Assembly: GCA_949358305.1 (NCBI GenBank)
Contig: OX442314.1
Location: forward strand, 33,294,001-33,358,000
Source of the DNA: Strigamia acuminata
Taxonomy: Eukaryota
Direction of reading: 5' to 3'
DNA length: 64,000 nucleotides
In this document: piece after piece, positions 38,571-51,900 of the stretch
Numbering within the stretch: position 1 is the first letter of the stretch
Layout: the number at the start of each line of letters is the position of its first letter
Position numbers and translations under genes: made by a program
Notes under the pieces: generated by a model
What the model saw: the letters and a program-made list of their open reading frames with translations, nothing else
What the model was told of the DNA's origin: nothing
The model's database searches: none

Positions 38571-38960
38571 AAACTTAAACTTGTATGTAGTTGCTTGCCC
38601 AGGTGGAATTTTCACGAAAGAATGACGAAGATATTTTGACTAGTGTGCGCCTACGATGAAGAAAGAAAAATGAATACCATTTCAGCACAATATTGCGTGA
38701 CTTACCTGGTTCAATGAATTTGGGTCATCGGGAACAAATTGTGGTATGCCATTCATGTCCTGTAAAGAAATCTACGCTTGAAAAATGCGAAAGCACACAA
38801 GAAAAACAATATTAACCTTTTTTAAACGAAAGGAAAATTTTTTTACCTACCTACTTCAAATTTAAAAAATAACATAAAATCGAACTATCAAAAATGCGGT
38901 GTGTTTATTACTAACCCCTAGCCGCAGCAATAGGATCCATATCAATAATAACCGTACTAG

Positions 38961-39356
38961 TTATCTGGTTTCACACCACCTCCCCAATGTGGAAGCGTTC
39001 ACCGGGTTCGCTGACCAGTGCGCCACAAAACGCTGTGCCACTTGGCTCCTGTGTTTAAGCACCGCCATTGGAGTAGCAAATCCTTCGATCTCTCGAAGGT
39101 TGTCCATGTACTGGTTTCGGGGTAACCTCGACTGCATACTGTTAAGGTCGTCGACCATGTGTCTAATCTGTTTTTCACAATCCAAAGTCGTGGCTTCTAA
39201 CTCTCCACGATCCGTTATAGCTTTGGAATCCCTTAGAAGCTCTTCCACGGCAACCCCCACAGTCTGGAAGCGAGAGGTCAATACATCCATTTCCTCTTGT
39301 ACCGGTAAGCTAACTTGCGTGGGTGAAGTTCTCCCAGGTGGTGTCGTAGCCATGTT
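38961..39356 (-). mobile_element. Possible gag N-terminal remnant of an LTR element
   Basis: Helical or coiled-coil-like ORF (MATTPPGRTSPT...) after a T-rich leader and a TGGCTCC PBS-like start near 39660. No diagnostic motif. Confidence 0.3.
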
Positions 39357-39769
39357 GATCGCACCTGAAATGACGAAGAACAAAGACAATTACTGAGGTC
39401 AAACACCTTACACAGACTCACAGCACACACTAGATTTAAGAAATCACTGAAAAATCTGAGCAGATTATCACTCAGCCTCTCTAAAACACAGACAAATACT
39501 CTTAGAAAATAGATCACTAAGAACTCTGAGTATCCAATCACTCAGACTAACTAAAACTAATCCCTGTTTACAATATTCCTACTAAAATACTGACAACTAC
39601 AGACTGTTTACTAACTAAGCTCTAAAAAAAACTCCCCTGCTTATCCAGTTATATGGAGCCAAGAAAATCTTATAAATAAATCACTTAAACGCAAAAGCAA
39701 ACTCAAAACCTCTCCCTTTAATGGAGTTTGTAATAGGAAACTGTATTTCTTCGCCCAGCCGAATTTGTT

Positions 39770-40020
39770 AGTGTGGTATGATGTGAATACTGATGAATGG
39801 AGTGAAAGGAAAATAAGTGATGCCGTGGATGTGTCTTCTTTTGTCGTGGTATGTTGTGGTTTGGCATTAATTATTGCGGTGAGTAGTGACCATCTATTGT
39901 GGACATGCCACATAAAGAGCGACAAATGGACACTTATAGGCGGTTCTAAACTCAATCCCCAACAGCCAACACAAACATTTTCTAGGTCTACGTGTAAGAT
40001 TCTAATAATTAACCAATTTA
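39770..40020 (+). repeat. Dispersed duplicate (second copy 58695-59070), weakly Kelch-like
   Basis: Reads WYDVNTDEWSE... The nucleotide block aaataagtgatgccgtggatgtgtcttctttt is shared between copies. Confidence 0.65.
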
Positions 40021-40069
40021 ATTGAAATTAAAATCATGAAAAAAGAATCAATTACACGCGCAAGTTCAT

Positions 40070-40885
40070 AACATAATGTCAATTTCCTGGACAATTCTTT
40101 TTAACCAACTTTTCATCTATTTAACTTTCAACTTTTCATGATCGAAGATTGGTTCATTATCTGTTATAGGATTCGTTCTACTTGTAAGTAATTAGCCGTG
40201 TTTAGAAATGTAGACCCCGTAGAATGAATTGTGTCTTTGTTCTGCTCACCTCGTTTGCTCCGTCTCCGGTTTGGCTCGTTGATGGCGATATTTTAACTAG
40301 GTTTTTAGTTCGAATTCGGTTATCTGTGGAATTTATCTGTTTCTTCAATGTCCATTTAAGTATTTTGTAAGTTCTCGTTTTTTTCATTCCAATCGAAACG
40401 TATCGTATCATGTGAAATTTCCATTTGCTCGGATCCGTGTTGAGGGCTATTCTTTTAATATTTCGCTAAATTGTCGTGTTTTTATTTATTATATCATTCT
40501 GATGATAAGATATGACGACCATTTGATCAAATCATTCCAAATGCCAAAATCCCGGCAACTTGGGTCGTTCTAACCGCATGGCAGCTCAGTCAATTTTTGG
40601 TTCGATTTGTTTCCTTTTTTTTCATTTTTTATTTTTCTTTGGTATTATAAGTTCCGTTACACTAGTTCGTTCTGTAAGCCTACATTCTTATGTGATTGTG
40701 GCATTTGTGCTTTTAGGTCCGCATTCGTAAATGTGTGCGGCATTTACATAATTTTGTATCGTAAGACTGCATTCCTACATGAATGTTGCATTTACATTTT
40801 CTTGCGTGTGAATCACGTGGTCAAATCTCTGTATTCTAAAATGGTCGTTTGGTTACTTGTGGGACACGACAAATCTATTTGGTCC
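40070..40885 (-). repeat. Repeat family A partial copy
   Basis: Shares tgtagaccccgtagaatgaattgt and cgcattcgtaaatgtgtgcggcatttaca blocks. Confidence 0.8.
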
Positions 40886-43812
40886 AGCCAGTTTTGCATC
40901 TGCCGTACATGTGCCTGCCTGGTAAGAGACGCAATGTCACTGCTGTTCAAACCGCTGTTCAAACAAATCGAAGTTTAGTCTTGGCGTTTTCACAAATCAC
41001 CGGTAAAAACTGTGTGTTTAGTCCAGAGCTGTGACAGCATGATGAAGGTAGTGAGGGTAGAGCAAAGAGTGCGTAATATTTGAAATTTGACAACAGGATT
41101 CGGCCGGAAAACCGGCAGAGTGCGCAGGTGCGGCGTGTGCCTGGCACACTTCGTGCCTAGCAATGGCGCTCATTAGGAGTTTGCCCTAGCAACCCCCTAA
41201 TTTGGCAGTTTTGTAACGAAGCAACGGCTTTCTGTTAATAGCCGAGAGCATTAGCAAGGGTGAAATAAAATACATGTAATAATTCCATAAAATCACAAGT
41301 CTCACCCAAATATCATAAAGACATTTAGGGTCACAACACACAATGCATCTTTTTGGTCAAACTCGTTTGCGTCTTCTTGTTCGGGGTGATCAAGCATGAA
41401 GCAACGAGCACTAGCACAGCATCGAATACCACCAGCAGCTAATTTGCTATTCAAAGATGTGAAGGCAGCCACTTGATCACGGTTGACCAGCAGTGGGAAC
41501 ATCCCATTTGATACAACTATTTTCAGATCTCCCGTCGCATCTGCGATGATGGCTGCGCCATGGACTGTCGTCATGGATGACATGCGCTTGTTAATTGATG
41601 CCACTGGATGATGCTCCACTACTCGTAGCAGGGTCAGAGGGAGCCAAGCGGGCCAAAACAGCATGCACACTAGTTAAAATGCGCGCGTAGCATCAAAGCA
41701 CAGGGCAGGGTTGCCCTTGCTCACGTCAGGTCTTGGACACAAGGTGGAAACTGCTGAAAATAGGCAGGCAATGGTGGCGCAAGCGTTCCAGGCATGACGA
41801 TCAAATAGCCGAGGGTGGATATTGCCAATTGTTTGGGCGAATACCAGTAAGGGCTGAATAGTGTTACTCCAATACGCTTTGTGTTGGATGAGAAAGCGGT
41901 TGCAATCCGACGCTGCAGCATATCTAACTTATATGATCATTGAATAGCTAAATAAGAAAAGAAAAGTAGTGTAGATAATCATGTTAATCATGAAACAGTC
42001 AAATGTTTGTTATAACAACGCTCTAACATCAAACTAACTTACCCTAAATGAAATCCTGTTGTCACAATAGACTGTTGAACATTTTATTACCGTGTGTGAT
42101 TACTAATAATCACACAATAATCAAAGTAGTGTAGTTAAATTGTCAAGCTAATTTACTTCAAATGACATTTTGTTGTTACAATAGACCTGTTGGACATTTA
42201 ATTACGCACACCTCCGAGTATCGTTATTTTGCTCGAATTAAAACTAAAAAGTTAATAAATAAAATACATAAAATAAAAAACATTAAATTAATTGACCCAA
42301 AAGTGGCTGAAAGTCTGAGGGTAAGATGAATCTTATGACGTTCTGACCGTCAGCACTTGGCTTATACAGGAACATCGCCTGCATGCGCCGCATCCAGGTC
42401 TTGAATTGTGCATGTCGCAAATTCACAAATCCCTCACTCATATAGCACTCGGCACGTCTTTCGTTAAGATGGCCCCACCCTGAAGAAATTGGGCATAGTT
42501 TGCGGTTTGGGACTGCACGACACATGGGGTAATCCGGGTGGAAAGACGGCATCAAAACTAAGGGTGATTTTGAATCGATTTGAATAGGATTTTTAAAAAA
42601 TCTGATCCAATCGAAAAAAGATTAGTGAAAATGAGAATTTATTATGCAATAAGTGAAAAGAAAAAAAGGAGAATAAAAGTTAAATGAAACAAAGAATAAG
42701 AAATAAAACAATGAAACAAAGAATAAGAAATAAAACAATGAAACAAAGAATAAGAAATAAAACAATGAAACAAATTAACAATAAAAATTTTGAACATTAA
42801 ACATGCAGTTATTAAATACCGTACTGGTTTGTTTTCATTAGCAGTTGTCGTAGTCAGTCAGTTGTGGTAGTCAGTTCAGTAGTACTGGAATTATTGGTAA
42901 TTAAATTTCGGACTTTTGGTTTGTAAAGCAACAACAATCGTTTTGCCGACCAATCCTGATGCGCTTAACAAACCACATTTGACGTCAGATGCGCTTAACA
43001 AACCGCATTTGACGTTTGAGGCTTGGTTCGTAAAGCCGCAACGGGTGGCGCCAGTAGCAAGAGAACAAAATTTTCGAAACGAGAATTCACGATTTGCGCG
43101 ATCCCAGACTGCACATGCCCAGTCGTTTAGCGCGCTCTTGTGGCGACATATGTAAATACAACTTGGGGCACATGTTCGCCGATGCATGGCGAGAGGAATT
43201 TCTTCTCGTAGTAAGTTTAACTTTTCCAAGTACGTAACTGTCCGTTCCAGCTTGGCCGCCATTGAAGAACGTCAATATTTCCAATGAAATTGAAAGAAAT
43301 AAAGGATTACCAAGCAAATTAATTCATAAATTTTGCAGTCATTAACATGACTTCTTGTTGTGTCCAGGGCCCATAACCTATGTTGGTGTGTTTGGAATTC
43401 CCAATAGGAGAGGTTTTGGTGGCCTGGCATGGTTGAATAATAAGCGAAACGTGGTTAAAAGTGGAGCGTGAGCTCGCAAATCCGCGACCGCCACGTTTTT
43501 ATTGTACAACATATAACTTAAGACACAGTTAGAGGCTATCTGCCTCAATGATTATAATGCATTGATTTGTCCTTTACAAAAAGGAAAATAAGTTTACACA
43601 TGCAAAAACAACTGTGAGTCAATCACAACATCAGGGCACGTTTTAAATCGGGGTTATGATCGACAAACCAGATGTGTAAATTTCAGATAAAAAATATCGC
43701 ACACATGAAACCATGTTAATTCAGAAAGACATGGTAAAACAACCAAATAATTTATCGCTTGTCAATAGTAATGTCTCAACAAGCGTGACCACACATCTTG
43801 GTCTTTATTCTT

Positions 43813-45240
43813 TGTGACTGGTATGGTCTTCGCCAAGGTAACCCGGGGACTGCTGGTTATCCTGGTGTGGGACGAATACTCACGTTTTCTTCTTTTTTCC
43901 CCAGTCCAAGATAACCAATTCCAACATTTTTGACTTGGAGCGAAGAAGAAGCAACCAGAATAATCCAAGCCTTTTTCAGAGGCTATTTGGTTAGAAAATT
44001 AAATTTAAAATTAAAATCACTCACTTTTTCTTCGGTCTTCAGTGACGCCATCTTTAATCCGTCTTTGTAGGTAGGTGTGCCGTCTTGACCATGTGCAAGA
44101 ACTCCGAATACATCCAAAGGATTTGCGAATTCGTGCAGCTGCCATCAAAATGCAGAGAGAAGATTAAATAAAACGATAAAAAAAAAACACGAAAATGCAA
44201 AATATTAAATTTAAAATACTGGAATCTACTTCTCGTACTCGTACGATACTTCAAACTTCCCGCAAGTATAGTCCTGCATCTAGTACCGTGTCTAAGACTC
44301 CCTATTAATGGTTGTTGGCCTTTAATACTTGTTGTCTAGGGGTATAGGGAATCCCGTCACCCGTTGCTGGGGTGCCAGTTAGGCACACCGCACCGGCAAC
44401 CGACCCGTCACACACAGGGTGTGAGCCCCATGGGTGACGTGGTCGGTTCAAAATAACATTCATGTCGTATTCACCTGCAGCCACTCATGGAGGATGCATT
44501 ATGGAGACCGCCATAACACTGAGCTTTGCTGTGGTGAATGACGAGGAGTGCAGAGTTCACACAGGGCAGGCTTGCCCTGGTTCACGATGGCCCGGGACAC
44601 GTCTTGTCCCTTCGATGGTCGCAGCTTTTCTCTCTCACGGTCGGAGAGAGACTGGCTTCTCTCTAGCACTACCGGTGACAGACTCTCTTCTCTCGTCTCC
44701 TCACCATACCACTCAGCTCCCTCCTCTCCCAGGCTAGGTCAGGCTGGGACTGTAAGGTGGTGTGTGGCAGTGATGCAGGTCGCCCTGGGTGGCCAAGCGG
44801 TTATATCTCCTCCCTCCAGAAAAAGGCAAGGATATAGGGGCCACACACAACACCAACGGGGCTACATAGATCCGTGTAAGCACAACAGGGAGCTGTCAGT
44901 CCGAAAACTACAGCGCTGTTACGCACCGGGCTGACCTCGGATGTTGTCTGTCCGAAGATTACAGCACCGTCCGTCCGCAGCAACACGGCATAATAGTTCC
45001 CTATTGAACTAAAAATATTGGATATTGTGCATGGTGCACGTTTTTCCAACACTTGTAGGAACCAAGTCCTACTACTCTACAGGAACGTTTCTTCATTGCA
45101 CCTCCATGTCGCCAAAAGAAATGTGGCCACTTGTTGGACATGCTGCTAGCCGTGCGTTTCGAATTGGCTAACACTGCCTCGCTTCTTGCCCAAACCTCAA
45201 ATCTCTGCAGTGCAGCTGCTTTTTTTCGGCCAGCAGCAGG
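43813..45240 (-). mobile_element. Decayed LTR retrotransposon 3' end: interrupted LTR 43813-44805, PPT 44806-44817, degenerate integrase tail
   Basis: Homologous to 16792-17180. Minus-strand GGAGGGAGGAGA abuts the LTR start. A frameshifted GPY/F-like GSYK/VLEKR lies near 45050. Confidence 0.55.
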
Positions 45241-46056
45241 AATTGGTGTATATAGACACTTTGGCCACCAGTCTGGATATCTTATTTTAAATTAGCTTTT
45301 TACTGAATTCTTTTGTTTCCGTGTCAAAAAATTCATTTTATTCGTTGAATTGATTTTCTAATTGATCGTGCATATCTCGAACAAACTCGATAATTCAGTA
45401 GTGTAATTTGCGCCTAATTTTTTACACGTTTGTTAGCCGAATTTTGGAATAATACAGCTTTTTTTTAACTCGCTCCAAAGCGATATTTACCTGATTCTGT
45501 AACTCGATTATACCAAACTCATTATGATATTAAATGATTTCACTTAGTGCGGATTACTATAACCAACTATAAACTTGTATTTAGTTGAATTGTGAACCGG
45601 TCACGTTTGAATCGCGATATGACGAGAAGATAAGTTATGAATATGCAAATTGTTCAGTCGGAGTAGCCAGTATGGAGAGATCGAATTAGTTTTGGACACT
45701 ATTTTAACACATTTTTAGACATTTTTAGACATTTTTAACACTTTCTTTAGACCATAAAGGCAATTTCATGTGCAAATTTTTTTTTTATTTTTCTTATTAA
45801 TAAAAAAAAAATTGTGTTAAAATTCAATTTCTAAACTTTTTTGTTGTCCTTGGTTCCACATACAAAGACAAATTGAAAGCATTGAATTTTATTTAAAAAC
45901 AAATTTACGCGATGTACTGCAAGGAAAGCGACAAGGCGGTCGTTTTTGGCATACGTTTAACCGAAGTTGTACAAATACAACGTCGATTAAACGTTCCTTA
46001 TTTAGTTTTCATTCGTGCAACGTACGAACGACGTACCATCAACATCAGATCTACCA

Positions 46057-46065
46057 GTATATAAA
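46057..46065 (+). promoter_or_regulatory. TATA box GTATATAAA upstream of the RRM gene
   Basis: 85 nt upstream of ATG 46142. Confidence 0.5.
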
Positions 46066-46141
46066 GCCCTCGCTTTCCAATTAACATCACACCACAATCC
46101 AACTGTGCATCTAAAAACCTCTCAAATTTACTCAATCCGAA

Positions 46142-46882
46142 ATGAATTCTCGCAGTGAACGAGTAATACTGAAAGCTTTTAGACCTTTGGCTGCTGCAAT
46201 CGATTCCCGATCGGTTCAGATAGGCTGTATGAATAACGTGGCAACCACCGAGCAAGTGGAGCAGCATTTTCATGCTTGCGGGCCAATAAAACTAGTGACC
46301 ATCCTTCGTAACCAACGAACCGGCCGACCCAGAGGCATGGCGTACGTGGAATTCGCCAATATACACTCGGTCGGAGCAGCTTTGGCTCTCAACAAGTCAT
46401 TTTTCTGCCACCGGTATATCACAGTCAAAGCAAAAAGCGTCCAAATCCGATCAAATCGCGCTCGTGTACTGAAATACGTAAGAAGGGTTTCAGCGAAAAA
46501 GAGACCGAGCGAAGAAGATCAAGATGACCAATTAAGGGAGTTTAAAAGATTGAAAGAAGAAGTTTTAGTTAAGGAGAAGGTGGTGCCGAAGAAAGGTTTA
46601 AAACGGAGCCGAAAGAAAATTCTGGACGATTTGACGCTGCGGTTGGAAGACTTGACGCTGGTTGAATCGGTTGGGAAGGAACGGAGGTCGATCGTGAGGA
46701 AGAATGGGTCGATTGCGGGCGGGATGTGGAGGACAGTGATTGAGGAAGGATGCGGGAAACGAAATGCGCCGATTGGAAACAGGAAAAAGGCGGAGGTTTT
46801 GTTGAGGAAGATGCACGAGAAGAAGGTGGATCCGGAAACCAAGAGGAAGATGCTCTTTCAAACAAATTTATTTTGTATTTGA
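46142..46882 (+). CDS. Intronless RRM protein, divergent PABPN1/PABP2-like, with basic C-terminal half (246 aa)
   Basis: RSVQIGCMNNVATTEQVEQHFHACGPIKLVTIL...GRPRGMAYVEF...ALALNKSFF parallels the PABPN1 RRM (RNP2, HFHxCG, RNP1). Confidence 0.85.
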   Translation: MNSRSERVILKAFRPLAAAIDSRSVQIGCMNNVATTEQVEQHFHACGPIKLVTILRNQRTGRPRGMAYVEFANIHSVGAALALNKSFFCHRYITVKAKSVQIRSNRARVLKYVRRVSAKKRPSEEDQDDQLREFKRLKEEVLVKEKVVPKKGLKRSRKKILDDLTLRLEDLTLVESVGKERRSIVRKNGSIAGGMWRTVIEEGCGKRNAPIGNRKKAEVLLRKMHEKKVDPETKRKMLFQTNLFCI

Positions 46883-47471
46883 AAATTTTACTCGTTTGAT
46901 TGCAGGAAAGTTCTAAGGAGGGCGTTTTATTTACAAACAATCGAAAAGTTCAGGAAATTTCTTTTTTCGTTGCAAACAAAATGTAAACAAATTTAAAATT
47001 TCAGAAAATAAATAAAAACCGGAACATTTTTCACTCGAAATTGTCTAAAAATATCTTTGCTAAACACTAAACAGTGTCCACTTGTCCCTCGTCGTGGACC
47101 ACCTGCACTCGCGTTGAACATATCTCCCAGCAGGGGTCGTCTAAACAATTTCAATATCTCGATGAGTCAAAGGTCAATTTCCAACTGAGCCTCTCGTCAA
47201 ATCCCGATACAAACGTGACCGGTCGTTGATTGGTCACCGACAGAATCCATCTTGACCCAACAAGTTTAACACGGCTTAGATAATCGTTCAATATCTTAAC
47301 AAATTGATCTAATCCACATGGAAAATTACGCCAACGACAATCACAGCACACCGGGGCTTTTCTCTTGGAAATCCGATTGTCATATCAAGGTATTATAATT
47401 ATTCGAATTACCTAATTGCTAATTTGCCCGAATTCGTGTTAATTTGTCGTTTTCACAAGCTCGAAAATGGA

Positions 47472-48539
47472 ATGCACTCTTCTCCTTCTGGTCATCAGCT
47501 GATGCTAAACACTTTGAACGATGTGGGATTTTTCGTTCCCGACGTAAAAACTCAGTATTATGCAGCTGTTAGCGTCAACCACGAAACTCATCAAAATTAT
47601 AAAAGTCAACAACCCAATCTGCCGATGCCGAGCATGTCAGGTAAAATTGTGATGTGAGAAAAATTAAACTTTTGCTTTTATTTTTGTTGGTTTTGTTGGT
47701 TTTTCATTTTTAACCTTGGTCTTGACCCAATTTCCTTTGACCTTGACCATCGAATTTTCCGAAGGGTTGTAGTCGACTTAAAGTGACTCATAAACACATT
47801 TATAATCACTCAATTCGATTTTAAACGACTTATTTCAACCAAAAACGGCGAAAGTCGATTTAAAATGGATTTAATTTTCTATTTTAGCAACTCCGCGCGG
47901 ATATTCGACTAAACAGCGCCGTCTACGAACCACTTTCACGCACGCACAGCTGGAGATGTTGGAGCGTTCGTTTGCTTTCACCAGATACCCAGATGTATTC
48001 ATGCGCGAAAAGATCGCCCGCAAAATTGACCTCGACGAGACTAAAGTGCAGGTAAAAGAATAAAATTGCAAAACAACATAAAATAACTAATTTTTCTGTG
48101 TATTCATATTCAGGTGTGGTTTAAAAACCGGCGTGCCAAAGCCAAAAAAGTAGAAAAACGCCCTGAAGAAGCCGCAATTCCCGACGAAGCGGAGAAAACT
48201 ACTCGTTGCACGATCACGCAGTCCGCAGACCACGATCTTATCTGTCCAAATTTGAGGGCGGCATTGCAGTCGCCGCCCGCCTGGACTCCGGTTTCGATGA
48301 ACAATCAGCAAGCGCCTCAACAGATTAATTATTATCAGCAAAACCCTCCCTATCTCGGACCGAGCGGGTTCCACTATCAAACTCAGCATCACATGACGCA
48401 ATTCGGTGGTAATCCGATGTATCCAATTTACTCGTTGCCAAGTCTAATGCCGACGAGCAACCAGATGGATTATCCGATTTTTTATAACTACGACGATGCG
48501 GGAACACTGCATGATCACAATCTGCATGATCACAATTAA
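47472..48539 (+). CDS. Paired-class K50 homeobox gene, divergent Otx/orthodenticle-like; exons 47472..47640, 47888..48051, 48114..48539
   Basis: Spliced homeodomain [56 protein letters not shown]. The GT..AG intron sits at the PRD-class position 46/47, and all phases are consistent. Confidence 0.9.
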
Positions 48540-48739
48540 TTTTATCAACAAAAAATTAAACCAGGACGTGTTTTTTTAAACAAATAATTTATTCTTTGCT
48601 TTTACCTAATTATTAATAAATAAATTAAAATTACAATTCAATATATTTTTTTTAAATGATCACTCAAATAGATAACTATTTATTTATTTGTTTATTTAAT
48701 CAATCATTTTAGAAAAATACGCGTGATAGGCTGAAAATT

Positions 48740-48904
48740 ATGATTATTTTTTCATGCACAATTGCACATTTCCGATCGATTTACATAAGCAATGTAAATT
48801 ACGCCGCAACCGCCGATCAATTAAAGCTACATTTCCGTAGTTGCGGACTGGTAAAACGAGTGACCATTTCTCGTAGAAGCCCTGATGCGTTACCTACAAA
48901 TTAA
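48740..48904 (+). pseudogene. Truncated PABPN1-like RRM fragment
   Basis: FRSIYISNVNYAATADQLKLHFRSCGLVKRVTI, then a stop before RNP1. Confidence 0.75.
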
Positions 48905-51900
48905 AAATTGAATCCATAGATTGGTGGCCCTGAACCGCCACCACAAAAATGAAATTTGAATCCGAAATTTGAATTTTTAATTTTTCAAAATTCAAATTGG
49001 AAAAATTAAATAAAAATTGAAAAATTGCAAAACTAAAGTTGTTTTGGTCGTTTTACTGATATTTTATGACGATGCTATAAACAATACCACAGTTCATGGA
49101 CTGTGACAATACGAGATGCTAAACAATAGTCTGTCACGTTATTTCGTCTCGCTCAGCACAAGGCGAGGTGAAAAGCAAGATTTTGCGGTTCGACATGCGG
49201 TGTTCGTTTTTCATGGTTTTTCAGTTATTTATTTGGGTATGATTTCCAAATGGTCGGTTGGTTTCATAAACACAGCATTAACATTTCCGCAAATTTCTCA
49301 GCAGGTTTGAATTCTTTAAAAAATGATTCTAACATTTGTTTTTTTGGTTCCATTTTAGGCCTACTGTAGGCCTAGTTCGAAATGTATTTCCTTCTGTATT
49401 TCTTCAGTTAAGTGTCGGTTGAGTATTTATTTGGCAAGAATATTATTTGATACGCCTTTTGGGGCTTTTTTGTGCTTTTTGGTGGTTTTTCAAAGTTTGG
49501 TTTGAAAAAAAAATTGTTTTGTTCGATTTCATTCCATTTTAGGCCTAATCTTGATATATTTTTCGTACAGAATTTAATATCATTTGTTAAATTTTTAAAA
49601 ATCTTAGTTAATCCAAATGATGGCGTTCCAGTCTGGGTTTGATTAATCTGATTTAAACTCATAAGTCATTAGGCCGCGTTTGACTATTCCATGCCACTAT
49701 TGCGAAATATCACGATTTTCCCAATGAAACAACAAGGAATGTTGAACATTTTGATTGTCTGTTGCTCGACCACTGGTCATCCCTAGATAATGCTAAAAGA
49801 GACCTGTGGTTGGCATAATGTTGGTATTGTAAGACTGCACACTGCACTCTACATGAAAATTTATTTATTTATCACCAATTTCTCCATTGATTTGAGATCG
49901 TACATCCAACTACTTGTAGTTGCTTCTGCTTGAGTGATGCTCTCATCCGCTTCTCGTTTTAAGTAATGAAGAAATTGATGAACCTCACTTGCTCTATTAA
50001 TTGTAATCAATCTCAAATGCTCTTGGTTGGACTTCTCTGTAACTGTGGAAAATTTTTCAGTCACCTTTTTCTGGATGACCCATGGAGTGGTTCTTTGTCT
50101 TTTCATCTTTGTTGGGGGCGCCAAAACATTGAATGCAGTCGTTCTAGGTTGATGTAAAGCATCAAAAAACACTATTGGAAACCCATTGGGTCATTTTGAC
50201 CAGTCTAGCTGTTCTAGTGTCAAACTAAAATATTTGTAAACCTTTGAGAAGCTTTCACTTTTTTCAAAATGATTTTCTCCAGAGTTGCAAAAATCCTCGT
50301 AGGATTAACAAATGCAAGAAAATCTTTTTGCTGTTGGAAAACAACAACATGGTTGAAAGTTGTTTTTGTTTCTTGTGTGTTGAGTTTGGTTAATATCCAA
50401 CTCTTTATTATCTCTTATTGGAATCCTTTTATCTCTTTCTCTTGACTATTTCCACAATTTCTCCTGACTGTGCTTGTGTTGGGTTGCCATAGAATAGCTG
50501 GCATCTTTGGCAACTGCAGTGAATTTAAATTATTTCTTAATTTCAACTTCATGTTGTTTGTGATAATTTCAGCCAATGGCAGTCTTTTATGGACAGATAA
50601 AAAACAATCTTTCAACAATTTTCATTCCTTTAAAACTTCTTGGGCTAACCTTCCGATTGTCTTTCTGTTTTTATTTATATTTCTTGTTCAATATTAATTA
50701 CTTGTTCTACTATTGCCTTTCTGATACAAATGGCATGAACCAGGTTTTGTTTAGTTCCGTAGTAATGCCACGCAAGTCATATTTGTGTTTTGTCATTGCC
50801 TTAGTCAGATCAATTTTGTGGCTCAATCTGTATCTGTTTTTTAAATAGATTTCTGTGTGCACTTTAAACGAATGAGAAATTTCTGGTTTGTAATTGACAC
50901 TGTTTCTCAGATCTGGAACGAAGTCGAGGAGATCTTCAATCTTTATTGAACTAATAAAAGATTGTAAAGACATATTATTAACCCTACATATCATAATTAT
51001 AGAAAATGTTTAATGGTTGGTAATAAATATATAAAATCTTAATTTTATATATTTCTAATTACAAATTTCAAATTTTGTTTAAAATTACTGCTACAATCGC
51101 GTTATCTACTTATAAAAATTAGCATTTATTCGATGTCAAACCGTTAACAATTTGAATAAAAACTTTGGAATAAAGATAAATATAATGCTTTTTATCTTTC
51201 TAATAATTTTCTCAGATTTTCTCAAATTTGTCAAAATATCTTTCTCAAATATTCCGAGTCCTTTTTACCGGAGTTAAGAAAGGTCCATTCTTTTTTTTTC
51301 GGTTTCGACCATTGCTCCCACCAACGGCAAATAAAAACGTTTCGTGGGCAACTAATCGAAACCCTCTCCTAGGACTTATCATTAAATGGTATCCTCCAGG
51401 TTTTGTCGAGTTCTTTGGTAATAGCTCGCAGATCATGTTTGTGTTTTTTTATCTTTGCACGCCAGTCTATATCTGTTCTTTAGATATATAAATTCGTGAT
51501 CTTTGAAGGAGTCAGTGATTTCCGGATTTACAGTTAAACCGTTCTTAAGATTTAGCATTGGCACCAACTCCTAACAGTTCCTCAATAGTTATGGAACTGT
51601 AATAAAAGGTTGTAAAAACATATTTAATAATAACTGGATCCACATTGCTTCCACGAGGAAAGCGAGAATTTAGTCTAAAAATAAAAAAATAAAATATAAA
51701 AAATAATAATATAAAAACATTACACTGAATATTGCAGTGATAACAGCTTTTCCTTTTTCCATCCTCATCATTGCTTATTCTGCTGTAGCCTTATTTGAAA
51801 GGGGATGAACGGAAGTCATAAGCTTATTATTCAATGTTTTATTAAGGAACAATCGTGTCAACAAGCTTTCCATGATGTTGAAAGCATCAACTATCAATTT

